From positions 100,849-164,848 of the forward strand of contig OY970229.1 in NCBI GenBank assembly GCA_963714085.1: a stretch of DNA of 64,000 nucleotides, read 5' to 3'. The translations under genes and the position numbers were made by a program. Shown here piece by piece: positions 47,928-56,608 of this stretch (the first letter of the stretch is position 1; each line of letters opens with the position of its first letter). The DNA is from an uncultured Candidatus Micrarchaeota archaeon. GTDB lineage: Archaea > Micrarchaeota > Micrarchaeia > Anstonellales > Bilamarchaeaceae. Under the pieces are notes generated by a model, which did not search any database, was not told the DNA's origin, and saw nothing but the letters and a program-made list of their open reading frames with translations.

Positions 47928-49109
47928 TCACCTGAACAGTATGTCTTCCAGATCGCCGAACGCGACCTTCTGCTTGCAGAGGTTCGGGAGGTAGGCGGCC
48001 GCCTTGCCGGAGTTCGTGCCGGTCACGACGTGGCCCATCTCCTCCAGCGGGCAGACCACCATGCAGGTGTCCGCGACTATCAGGCCGCCCGCGCCTTCTA
48101 TCGCCTTCCTGTAGCCGAGCCTGTCAGCCTCCTTCCTGAGCTTCCCGGACGTGCACACCCAGAACTCGCAGGTGGGCTTCCTTTCGGAGACGAGCTCCGC
48201 GACCTCTTTGATCTCTTCGAGCGATGCGTGCGGGCATCCTATGGTCACCAGATCCGGCTTGAGGCCGCTGTCCAGCCCCTTCCTGGAAGCGGACAGGTCC
48301 GCCTCCGTGAATTCGATGCGCTGCGCGTCCTGCGCAACGCTCCATTCAGGAGTGATGCCTTCCATGAAGAACAGCGGCACGGAGCCCGTGGCTGCCATGG
48401 ACGCGCCCAGGACTTTCAGCATGTGCTCGCCCGCTCTCTTTATCCCGCGGAACGCGGGATACTTGTTCTTCGCCATCTTGCCCACTGCGGAACCTATGGC
48501 GCCGAAATCCGCCATGGACTTGAGCTCGCAGCGCACGTCAATGAGTACGTCCGCCACGCGGTTCTCCTCCATATGGAGGCCGTAATACGGCGTCACTCCG
48601 CATATGGCCGCAGCCAATGCGCTCGGCCCGCCCTCGCGGTTCGTCCTCGCCCCGAGCACGGAGTTCGCGAACGCTATGGCGCTGGATTCTGACCATGCCA
48701 CGTGCTCGCCCTTCCCCGGGCGTATGCCTATGAAATACGGCGCGCAGGTGCAGGTCTTCATTATGCCCATGCTGGAGTACGCGTCCAGTATGGCTATCTG
48801 TTTTTTCGCGAAATCCTCCGGTATCTTCATCTCCCTCCACTGCTCCCTGTCCATTCCGGCGGGATTCAGGAACGATGGAACAACGGTCTTCGCGCCCTTG
48901 GAGGAGAGATCCTGGAGGTATTCCAATCCAGCGTCTCCGATCGTCTTGTACGATACTCCGGCTATCTGGGCGCTGGTGACCGGGATCATTTTTTGCGCGC
49001 CGTATATGTTGCCCAGTGCGACGAGGATCTCCATGGACTGCCGTGCGGCCTCGCCCAGTTCACCGTCATACATCTTCTGCTCTTGCTTCTTTAGGAGCAT
49101 CGGGTCCAC
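47928..49109 (-). CDS. Phosphomevalonate dehydratase large subunit (aconitase X catalytic domain, DUF521)
   Basis: AcnX signatures KTCTCAPYF and DTCMVVCP (cysteine ligands). 393 aa. It is adjacent to the UbiD/UbiX homologues as in archaeal alternative mevalonate pathway clusters. Confidence 0.8.
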   Translation of the reverse strand: MDPMLLKKQEQKMYDGELGEAARQSMEILVALGNIYGAQKMIPVTSAQIAGVSYKTIGDAGLEYLQDLSSKGAKTVVPSFLNPAGMDREQWREMKIPEDFAKKQIAILDAYSSMGIMKTCTCAPYFIGIRPGKGEHVAWSESSAIAFANSVLGARTNREGGPSALAAAICGVTPYYGLHMEENRVADVLIDVRCELKSMADFGAIGSAVGKMAKNKYPAFRGIKRAGEHMLKVLGASMAATGSVPLFFMEGITPEWSVAQDAQRIEFTEADLSASRKGLDSGLKPDLVTIGCPHASLEEIKEVAELVSERKPTCEFWVCTSGKLRKEADRLGYRKAIEGAGGLIVADTCMVVCPLEEMGHVVTGTNSGKAAAYLPNLCKQKVAFGDLEDILFR

Positions 49110-49110
49110 A

Positions 49111-50418
49111 TCAGATATAGCGGCTGGGGTCGACGGCCATCCACCCCGCCTTGTCGAAGTTCTTGCCGTGCGCCACCAGCGGCTTCGTGGCGTCCACGCC
49201 CATCTTCGTGGTCGCGTAGGTGTGCGGGTCCGCGCTCGGGTCCAGCGACGAGCCCTTCTCGTTCCTCTTTATGAGCAGGGACTTGTCCGCTTGCACCCTT
49301 GTCGCGATCGCCCATTCCACGGACGAGGGGTCGTAGATGTCTATGTCTTCGTCCACTATCACCACGTGCTTGAGGGACTTGTGGCCGTGGAACGCGGCCT
49401 CTATGGCCTTCCTGCCGTCGTCGTCGCCCCTCTTCCTTATGGAGACCACAGCGTGGAGCCAGGAGCACCCGCCCGGGGTGATGTTGACGCCCCTGCAGTC
49501 GCAGACCTTGCCCACTTCGTTGAATATCGTCGGCTCCCTCGGCATGCCCATGAGGAGCTTGTGCTCCAGGGCGCCGGGAAGCAATGCGTGGAATATCGGG
49601 TCCTTGCGGTGATGCATCTTCGTTATCTTCATGACCTGCTGCTTGCGCACTATGTCATAGGTCTCCGTGAGGTCTATGAACGGCCCCTCGTCCGCCAGCT
49701 CGTTCGTTATCCTCCCCTCGAACGCGAACTCCGCATCGGCCGGGACCTCTATGCCGTTGCCCAGGCGCACTGTGCTCACCGGCGCGAGCGAGTTTGCGAC
49801 CTGGAGCTCGTCCTTCCCCAGCTCCGTGGACGTCGCCCCTGCGAGGAGCACGTTTATCGGAGCGCCCACCACGAACGCGACGTCGAGCTCGCCGCCCGAC
49901 CTTTTCAGGTATTCAGCCAGGTGCCTGGGCAGTATCCTCATGACGACCCTGTCCTTCCCTATCACCATCATCCTGTGGAAGGAGCAGTTCCTGCCCAGCC
50001 CGCTGTCGTTGGCGATCACGACCGCGGACGCGAAATACGGGCCGCCGTCCTTTTCGGCATGGAACGGAATCGGGAGCTTGCCCAGATCGACCTCTTTCTC
50101 GGTCACTTCGAGCACCGGGCCGGTGGAGACGACTTTCGGATTCGTCGGATTTTTTATCGCTTCCGCGAGCCTTGGCATGAGCTCCTTCTCCTTTATGCCC
50201 AGGTATCTGCACACCAGCGCGCGCGTGGAGAATAAATTCCCCGCGACCCTCGCGCCGGGATTCTCGGCTATCTTGTCGGTGTAGACCGGCCTTCCGTCCA
50301 GGGCCTTGAGCACGCCTGCGAGCTCCAGCCGCTTCGACACCGGTTTTTTTAGCTCCACGAGCGTCTTCTCCTTCCTCAGGAGGTCTATGAAATCGCGGAA
50401 CGACATCATGCTTTCCAC
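49111..50418 (-). CDS. UbiD-family decarboxylase (probable trans-anhydromevalonate 5-phosphate decarboxylase)
   Basis: UbiD-family length (435 aa) and core motifs. Its start overlaps the ubiX stop by 13 nt. Confidence 0.75.
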   Translation of the reverse strand: MESMMSFRDFIDLLRKEKTLVELKKPVSKRLELAGVLKALDGRPVYTDKIAENPGARVAGNLFSTRALVCRYLGIKEKELMPRLAEAIKNPTNPKVVSTGPVLEVTEKEVDLGKLPIPFHAEKDGGPYFASAVVIANDSGLGRNCSFHRMMVIGKDRVVMRILPRHLAEYLKRSGGELDVAFVVGAPINVLLAGATSTELGKDELQVANSLAPVSTVRLGNGIEVPADAEFAFEGRITNELADEGPFIDLTETYDIVRKQQVMKITKMHHRKDPIFHALLPGALEHKLLMGMPREPTIFNEVGKVCDCRGVNITPGGCSWLHAVVSIRKRGDDDGRKAIEAAFHGHKSLKHVVIVDEDIDIYDPSSVEWAIATRVQADKSLLIKRNEKGSSLDPSADPHTYATTKMGVDATKPLVAHGKNFDKAGWMAVDPSRYI

Positions 50419-50939
50419 CTCTTTCCGATGCTGTGCTTGATACCGAGCTGGTCCAGCACGCGCGCCACCATGAAATCGAGCAGGTCATCTACATCCTTCG
50501 GCTTGCCGTAGAAGCCCGGCGACGCGGGCATTATGACCCCGCCTGCGAGCGTGACTGTCTCCATGTTCCTTATGGTTATGAGCGAATAAGGCGTGTCCCT
50601 CACCACGAGTATGAGCTTCCTCCGCTCCTTGAGGCAGACCTCGGCCGCGCGGGTTATCAGCGAGTTGCCCACTCCGTTCGCGATCTCGCCCAGGGTCTTG
50701 AGCGAGCACGGGCAGACCACCATGGCGTCCGGCGGGTTGGAGCCGGAGGCGTAGGGGCAGCTGAAATCCCTTTCCCCATAATCCGCCCTGGGGAGGGCCA
50801 CGCCTTCGGCCTTGGCGACCTCCTTCGCCCCTGAGCTGACCACGACCGAAACGTCCTGCTTCAGGGCTTTCAACGACCCGAGCAGCGACACCCCGTAAGG
50901 AAGGCCTGACGCTCCCGTGATTGCGAGAAGTATCTTCAT
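50406..50939 (-). CDS. ubiX: Flavin prenyltransferase UbiX (prenyl-FMN synthase)
   Basis: MKILLAITGASGLPYGVSLL is the flavoprotein N-terminus. 177 aa. Confidence 0.85.
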   Translation of the reverse strand: MKILLAITGASGLPYGVSLLGSLKALKQDVSVVVSSGAKEVAKAEGVALPRADYGERDFSCPYASGSNPPDAMVVCPCSLKTLGEIANGVGNSLITRAAEVCLKERRKLILVVRDTPYSLITIRNMETVTLAGGVIMPASPGFYGKPKDVDDLLDFMVARVLDQLGIKHSIGKRWKA

Positions 50940-50977
50940 GACTGTTTTCTGCCTCAGAAGGCTTAAAAAAACCCCTT

Positions 50978-51748
50978 TTGCATGCTTATTCCATGAAACT
51001 GCTCAAACTGGGGGGCTCTGTGATAACCCGGAAGTCGGGATGGCGCGAGGCGGACCTCAAGGCGATAGAGGCGCTGGCGGACGTCGTGGCCTCGGCATGG
51101 AAGAAGTCCGAGCGCGACTGGGTGCTCGTGCACGGGGCAGGCTCGTTCGGCCACCCGCTGGTCGTCAAGTACGGCATCAACGACGGCGTGAAGAACGCTG
51201 CGCAGAAGCTCGGGTTCGCGATGACGCACGAGGCATGCTCGGAATTGTCCGTGCTCGTCGTCGGAACGCTCAACAGCGCCGGAATGCCCGCGGTGCCGGT
51301 TCCGCCCGCCATGGTGATAACCTCCAAGAACAGGCGCATACACTCATTCAACACGAAAGTGGTCGACGATTACCTGAAATCCGGGTACGTGCCAGTGCTT
51401 TTCGGGGACATGGTCCCCGACATAGAGCTCGGCGGCTCGGTGTGCTCCGGGGACCAGATAATATCCTACCTGGGCAAGGCTGCGGAGCGCATACTCCTAG
51501 CCACGAACGTGGACGGGGTGCTCGACGACAAGGGAAAGGTCATTGAGCAGATAACGGGCAGGAACTTCGCGGACGTCTCGCGGCATTTCAAGTCCGCGGA
51601 AGGCGACGTCACCGGGGCAATGGCAGGCAAGATAAAGGAATTGCTCGAGCTTGATACTCCTTCTTACGTGGTCAACGGGCTGAAGCCTGAGCGCGTGGAG
51701 GCGCTCATGCTCGGGAAGAGGGCGGTCTGCACCGAGATAAGGAAATGA
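50978..51748 (+). CDS. ipk: Isopentenyl phosphate kinase (amino-acid-kinase fold)
   Basis: LLKLGGSVIT (the glycine-rich loop) and VLVHGAGSFGHP. 256 aa. It is divergent from the ubiX operon. Confidence 0.8.
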   Translation: MHAYSMKLLKLGGSVITRKSGWREADLKAIEALADVVASAWKKSERDWVLVHGAGSFGHPLVVKYGINDGVKNAAQKLGFAMTHEACSELSVLVVGTLNSAGMPAVPVPPAMVITSKNRRIHSFNTKVVDDYLKSGYVPVLFGDMVPDIELGGSVCSGDQIISYLGKAAERILLATNVDGVLDDKGKVIEQITGRNFADVSRHFKSAEGDVTGAMAGKIKELLELDTPSYVVNGLKPERVEALMLGKRAVCTEIRK

Positions 51749-51787
51749 TGAACACAAAATGTAATCATTTATAAGATAATCCCATCA
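51713..51787 (+). repeat. 75-nt segment (last 12 codons of ipk plus a TATA-containing promoter) duplicated at 53149..53223 with 3 mismatches
   Basis: cgggaagagggcggtctgcaccgagataaggaaatgatgaacacaaaatgtaatcatttataagataatcccatca versus cgggaagaaggcggtctgcaccgggataaggaaatgacgaacacaaaatgtaatcatttataagataatcccatca. Confidence 0.9.
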
Positions 51788-51798
51788 TAACTTTTTTC

Positions 51799-53133
51799 AT
51801 GCCAGAGACAGCAACCGCCAGGGTTATTTTTGCGCCTAAGGCCAGCCGCGCTGTCCCGCCCAGGCGCTGCAAGCCGCATTTCTTCGCATGCCAGACAGAG
51901 GGCATACGCAAGCAGCCAAGGGGCGCCGGCAAAACCCGCAGGAAAGCCCTTCTGAACAGCGAGCTGGCAGGCCTCTGGGAGTTCGCTAAGAAGAGAAAGG
52001 CGACCATCTCGAAGAAAGAGGAGGCGGAGATGTTCGGGATATACCTGCGCGTGGTCAGGCGCATGCAGGAGCTGAAGCATCTGCGGGAAAGGTGGAACGG
52101 ACCCGTGAAACAGGAGCTCGTGCGCCTTTCCGAGGCGAAGGAGCTTGCGGAGAGGGTGGTCGCGAGCAGAGGGGACATGAGATACCTCAGGGAACTCGCT
52201 GCAGAGAAGAGGCGGTCGCTCGAGAAAGAGGAGGAATACGCCGTCTTCCGGATTTATAGGCGGGTGCTCCCCCGCATGATGAACCTCGGGAAGGGAGGCA
52301 TTGCAGCGAACGCGGAACACGGACTCGTGGCTCAGGAGATGGAGCGGCTTTCCGAGGCGAAAAGGCTTGCCGAGACCATAATCATCCAGACCATGGAAAA
52401 GCAGTTCTGGATGACAGCCAAATACGTGATCCACCCCTCGGTCATAGAAAAATCAGACCTCGTTCAGGAGGCCTGCATGGCTGTAGTAAGAAGAGCTATG
52501 CGCACCTTTGACCCTGACCAGGACTGCAGAATCTCCACGTACTGCCAGTTAGGGATAACGCGGGCCATGAAACGCGCGGTTCAGAATCAGGGGAAGACCA
52601 TCAGGATCCCGTGCAATACGTACACCATAAGCGCCAAGGTCAACAGAGCTTACATGGAATGCCGCAAATCTGGCTACGAGCCGACCGCGCAGGAGATAGC
52701 TGATCTTGCCGGACTCGACCTGAAGAAGGTCGTGAGATGCCTCGAAATGCCGGATACGCTCAGCATGGACGTTAGGCCAGAGGACAGGCTTGCATTAATC
52801 GATACGATTCCGGACAATGGCATGGATCCGCTGGAGACGCTTGTCAACGCTGAGGTGGGAAGCGTGGTGGAGACGCTCCTTGGGAAACTGAGGCCCGACC
52901 AGCGCAGGATATTGTGCATGAGGCAGGGCCTGGGCTGCAAAGAGCACACGTTGAAGGAGATCGCAGAAGTAGATGGATGCAGCGGCGAGAACATAAGGCA
53001 GAAGCTGTTCAAGATAGCGAGAAGGATACGCAATGCGAACAAGGCGCTGCTGCGCGAGTACCAGGGCTATGGCCCCGATGACGAAGCGCCATCCCATGAA
53101 CCCGGAGAGCAGGCCAGCGCCGGGCAGCGGTAG
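51799..53133 (+). CDS. Bacterial-type sigma-70 family protein (regions 2, 3 and 4 present) with a novel N-terminal extension of about 200 aa containing two internal repeats
   Basis: DLVQEACMAVVRRAMRTFDPDQDCRISTYCQLGITRAMKRAVQNQGKTIRIP is region 2.1-2.4 including the RTIRIP box. SGYEPTAQEIADLAGLDLKKV is region 3.0. LRPDQRRILCMRQGLGCKEHTLKEIAEVDGCSGENIRQKLFKIARRIR is region 4. The conserved WW of region 2.3 is replaced (YCQLGITR). Confidence 0.8.
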   Translation: MPETATARVIFAPKASRAVPPRRCKPHFFACQTEGIRKQPRGAGKTRRKALLNSELAGLWEFAKKRKATISKKEEAEMFGIYLRVVRRMQELKHLRERWNGPVKQELVRLSEAKELAERVVASRGDMRYLRELAAEKRRSLEKEEEYAVFRIYRRVLPRMMNLGKGGIAANAEHGLVAQEMERLSEAKRLAETIIIQTMEKQFWMTAKYVIHPSVIEKSDLVQEACMAVVRRAMRTFDPDQDCRISTYCQLGITRAMKRAVQNQGKTIRIPCNTYTISAKVNRAYMECRKSGYEPTAQEIADLAGLDLKKVVRCLEMPDTLSMDVRPEDRLALIDTIPDNGMDPLETLVNAEVGSVVETLLGKLRPDQRRILCMRQGLGCKEHTLKEIAEVDGCSGENIRQKLFKIARRIRNANKALLREYQGYGPDDEAPSHEPGEQASAGQR

Positions 53134-53148
53134 CCTGCCATCATGCCC

Positions 53149-53223
53149 GGGAAGAAGGCGGTCTGCACCGGGATAAGGAAATGACGAACACAAAATGTAA
53201 TCATTTATAAGATAATCCCATCA
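53149..53223 (+). repeat. Second copy of the 75-nt ipk-3'-end/promoter element
   Basis: See 51713..51787. It encodes a remnant ...GKKAVCTGIRK* of the ipk C-terminus. Confidence 0.9.
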
Positions 53224-53234
53224 AATGAATTCTC

Positions 53235-54578
53235 ATGCTCGCAGCAGAAACGGCCAGGCGCACTCATATCCAATCAGCCGGCACGGCCCGTCCTGGACGC
53301 AAAGCATTGAGGCTCGTCGCGTGCGAGACGGAGACGATCCGCAAGCATCCAGCCAACATCAACGGGGCCCGCGGGAAGCCGCTGTCTGCGAAGGAGATGA
53401 GATACCTCGAAAGGCTCGCTGCAGAAAGGAAGGAGGTCATCGGGAAAAAGGATGAGGCCGAGGTATCCGCGATATACCTGCGCGTGGTCTGGCGCATGGA
53501 GGAGCTGCAGGCGAAGCGGGCCACCAGGGCCGTGAGACTCGAACTCGAGCAGCTCTCCAATGCCAAGGGGCTTGCCGAGGGAATGGTCGTGAACGAGGCC
53601 GAGCTGCGGCAGCTCCGGGAAATCGCGGCGGAGAGGGCCAAGACGCTCGAGCCAGGAGTGGAACGGTACATCTGCACCATCTATCGGCGCGTGCACCCCC
53701 GCCTCATGAGTCTCAAGGAGGTCAACGAGGCGCAGAAAAAGATACCCGGGCAGCAGGGCTGCAAGGCCGAAAAGGAGCCCGGGCTCATCGAACGGGAGAT
53801 CAAACGGCTCGCAGAGCCGAAGAGGCTTGTCGAGGATATAGTCACCACCGGGTTGAACGCGTTATTCTATGACAGGGCCCGGCGCATCTTAAGGTACCCT
53901 GATTCCATAGAGCGGTGCGATCTCGTCAATGAAACCAAGATTGCTGTCATAAATAACGTCATGCCCCGTTTTGATCCGACCCTCGGTTACAGGCTGTCCA
54001 CGTACTGCAACTTGCCGATGAACCGGGTCATGGTACGCTACGTACAGACTCATAAGAGGGATATCAGGTGGCCGGTCTACATATGCGAGGCGATAGGCAG
54101 GTTGAGCAAGGCTTCGCAACTGCGCCGGAACCTGGAAGGCAGGGAACAGAGCATCGAAGAAATAAGGAAAACCACGGATCTCCCCCCGAGCGTGATCGCA
54201 GCGTGCATGAGAGCGCCGCAAACGGTCAGCCTGAGCGAAAAGCTGCGCCACGGTGAAGGGAAGAAGCGGATCGACCGTATCGAGGATACAAGCAGCGTGA
54301 ATCCGCTGGACGCGGTTTTCGATAGCAAAGCGAAGGATCTGGTGAACGAGTGCCTCGACGTACTCAGCCCGAGGTATGCGAGGATAATGCGCATGAGATA
54401 CGGCCAGGACCAGACGCTCGACGCGATCGCTGACCGGGAGGGCATATCAAGAGAGAGGGTGAGGCAGATACTGGCCAAAGCCTTGAGGACGCTGCGCAGG
54501 AAGAATAGGATGAAGCTGTGCGATTTCTACGGGGGCAAACCGCCCTGTTACGACCAGCAGGCTAATCTTGAGATGTAG
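53235..54578 (+). CDS. Second sigma-70 family paralogue (more divergent), with the same N-terminal repeat architecture
   Basis: DLVNETKIAVINNVMPRFDPTLGYRLSTYCNLPMNRVMVRYVQTHKRDIRWPVY is region 2. LSPRYARIMRMRYGQDQTLDAIADREGISRERVRQILAKALRTLRR is a canonical region 4.2 HTH. Confidence 0.8.
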   Translation: MLAAETARRTHIQSAGTARPGRKALRLVACETETIRKHPANINGARGKPLSAKEMRYLERLAAERKEVIGKKDEAEVSAIYLRVVWRMEELQAKRATRAVRLELEQLSNAKGLAEGMVVNEAELRQLREIAAERAKTLEPGVERYICTIYRRVHPRLMSLKEVNEAQKKIPGQQGCKAEKEPGLIEREIKRLAEPKRLVEDIVTTGLNALFYDRARRILRYPDSIERCDLVNETKIAVINNVMPRFDPTLGYRLSTYCNLPMNRVMVRYVQTHKRDIRWPVYICEAIGRLSKASQLRRNLEGREQSIEEIRKTTDLPPSVIAACMRAPQTVSLSEKLRHGEGKKRIDRIEDTSSVNPLDAVFDSKAKDLVNECLDVLSPRYARIMRMRYGQDQTLDAIADREGISRERVRQILAKALRTLRRKNRMKLCDFYGGKPPCYDQQANLEM

Positions 54579-54640
54579 GCGGGCGCTGGAGAGCAGGGCC
54601 TGAACCAAAACCATAAATATCACCAGCCAGATAACCGCTC

Positions 54641-55306
54641 ATGAACAAAAAGGCGCTCGCGTCCATGGGCTGGATAATCCGGACCATGAGCACCGAAGCC
54701 GGAAAAAGAAATCCTCCGGTCAACAAGGTGGACAGGATAACCCGCAGCAGCCCGTTCCGCGCGCTCGTCTTCACGATCCTTTCAGCGAGGACGAAGGACG
54801 CGAACACCATCGCCGCGGCGGGAAGGCTGCTCGAAAAAGCACCGACCCCGAAAGCGCTCGCGCGCATGCAGATAAAGAAAATAGAAAAACTCGTGCATTC
54901 TTCCGGATTCTACAGGATGAAGGCCAGGAACCTCTCCGCCATGGCGAAGATGCTTCTGACGGATTTCAACGGCAAGGTCCCGTCCGATATCGAGAGCCTG
55001 GTGCGCCTGCCGGGCGTAGGAAGGAAGACCGCTAACATCTTATTGGTCTATTCCTTCGGCAAGGACGCCATTCCGGTGGACACCCACGTGCACAGGATAA
55101 GCAATAGGCTGGGCATAGTGAGAACGAAGACGCCGGAGAAAACGGAGAAGGCGCTCATGTCCGCGGTCCCGAAGAGGCTCTGGAAACCGCTAAACCACGC
55201 GTTCGTGTCCTACGGCCAGACCATATGCCTGCCCAGGAACCCGAAGTGCAGGGAGTGCAAACTGAACAGGGTATGCTGGAGAATCGGCGTGCGCTCCGGT
55301 ATATAA
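54641..55306 (+). CDS. nth: Endonuclease III-type DNA glycosylase/AP lyase (HhH-GPD with 4Fe-4S loop)
   Basis: LPGVGRKTANILL is the HhH. The C-terminus is C-x6-C-x2-C-x5-C (CLPRNPKCRECKLNRVC). Confidence 0.85.
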   Translation: MNKKALASMGWIIRTMSTEAGKRNPPVNKVDRITRSSPFRALVFTILSARTKDANTIAAAGRLLEKAPTPKALARMQIKKIEKLVHSSGFYRMKARNLSAMAKMLLTDFNGKVPSDIESLVRLPGVGRKTANILLVYSFGKDAIPVDTHVHRISNRLGIVRTKTPEKTEKALMSAVPKRLWKPLNHAFVSYGQTICLPRNPKCRECKLNRVCWRIGVRSGI

Positions 55307-55460
55307 CGGTTTATGCTGAAATCAGACCAGGTGTATAAGATGAAAGTGCCTGCCAGCCACATAAAGCACATGAAAGACAAAAGGAAGTTCAACGAGAGCA
55401 AGGCTTATCTTGAGACGAAGAGGGACATGAACAAGCGCAGGAAGCGCAGGGACTGAGCAG

Positions 55461-56570
55461 TCACGGAAGGCAGTTTATCGGCGGCATCTTTCGCGCCGGC
55501 TCGAACGAGTCCCCGATCAAGCCTGCGAACACCCGGGCACCTTTGATTTCGACGCTACGGAGAACCGAAACCAATGGCGCATCGGCCGGGTTCTTCGGAT
55601 TCTCCGCGATCCGCTCTATGCCGCGGGCGAAGAGCTCGTTCTCGTATATCCCGTTCAGCTGGGCCCGCAGGGACGCGAGCTCCTCCAGAGGCAGCTCAGG
55701 CACGGAGACCTCGGAGCCGAGGGAGCCGATCAGCCGCTTGAATTCCCGGAGGCCGCCCAGGACGCCATCGATATTCCCCATGGTGGAATCGACGTATCCC
55801 TTGAAATCCACCGAAGGGTCCGGCTTGTCGATCTCGGCGTCGAGGGCCTTGGTGGATTCGTTCCAGGCCATCAGAAGGTTGCCGGTCCGGACCAGGACCA
55901 CGGCGCAGGATCGCAATGTTCTGGCATCCATGGACTCGCCACCGGAGTCGTCTATGGCGTCCATGCGCTCTTTTACCTTATCGTGCGAATCGAAGAAGGC
56001 GCGGATCAGCCGGCCTTCGATTTCCATGGAGCTCTTCATGAACACGGAGAACGTGTCGAACAGATACCCTTCGAAGACCAGCTCAGACGTGGCGCTGGGC
56101 GTGGTCCTGTCCAGGGCTTGGGCAGCACGCTTCCGGTCGTCGCATCCCATGCGCTCCCAGAGGTAGTGACCCACCTCATGGTCCACGGCGCTGTTTAAGA
56201 TGCGTTGGTCGTAGGTTATCTCGAAAGACGCGACCCGGCCGTCATCCTTGAAGCTGATCCGTCCCTCTAAAGACTGGAGCTTTCTGAGGTAAGCGGCCTC
56301 GGGCTCAGGCATGCGTCTCAAAATGGAGTCCGAAACCGCCCTCGGGACCAGGGAGACGGCGGGTATGGCGTCCGCCACCGGCTGGGGCCATCGCCCAAGC
56401 TCGCGCTCCACCGAGCCGCCGCGGCGTATGCCCTCGCACCGGGCATGCAGGGTCCCGAGCTCCTCCCTGATGGACCTTCTCTCCGCCATTATCGAAAGGC
56501 ATTCGCGGGTCGCGGTAGCGGTAAGCGCCGTGATGGCGACTGCTGCGATGATGCGATTGCGCGGCTTCAT
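55461..56570 (-). CDS. Secreted putative zinc metallopeptidase (HExxH)
   Basis: Signal peptide MKPRNRIIAAVAITALTATA. AVDHEVGHYLWERMGCDD carries HEVGH. Confidence 0.45.
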   Translation of the reverse strand: MKPRNRIIAAVAITALTATATRECLSIMAERRSIREELGTLHARCEGIRRGGSVERELGRWPQPVADAIPAVSLVPRAVSDSILRRMPEPEAAYLRKLQSLEGRISFKDDGRVASFEITYDQRILNSAVDHEVGHYLWERMGCDDRKRAAQALDRTTPSATSELVFEGYLFDTFSVFMKSSMEIEGRLIRAFFDSHDKVKERMDAIDDSGGESMDARTLRSCAVVLVRTGNLLMAWNESTKALDAEIDKPDPSVDFKGYVDSTMGNIDGVLGGLREFKRLIGSLGSEVSVPELPLEELASLRAQLNGIYENELFARGIERIAENPKNPADAPLVSVLRSVEIKGARVFAGLIGDSFEPARKMPPINCLP

Positions 56571-56608
56571 GCGCTTATATTAATCACGACTATTTATAAC
56601 TCACGCGG

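Noticed and set aside
51799-54578. Idea that the sigma-70 genes signal a bacterial contig or contamination
   Set aside because: They are flanked on both sides, within a few hundred bp, by ipk and nth in an otherwise archaeal context, and use a duplicated archaeal-style TATA promoter. A chimeric assembly cannot be excluded without reads, so this is flagged in the finding.
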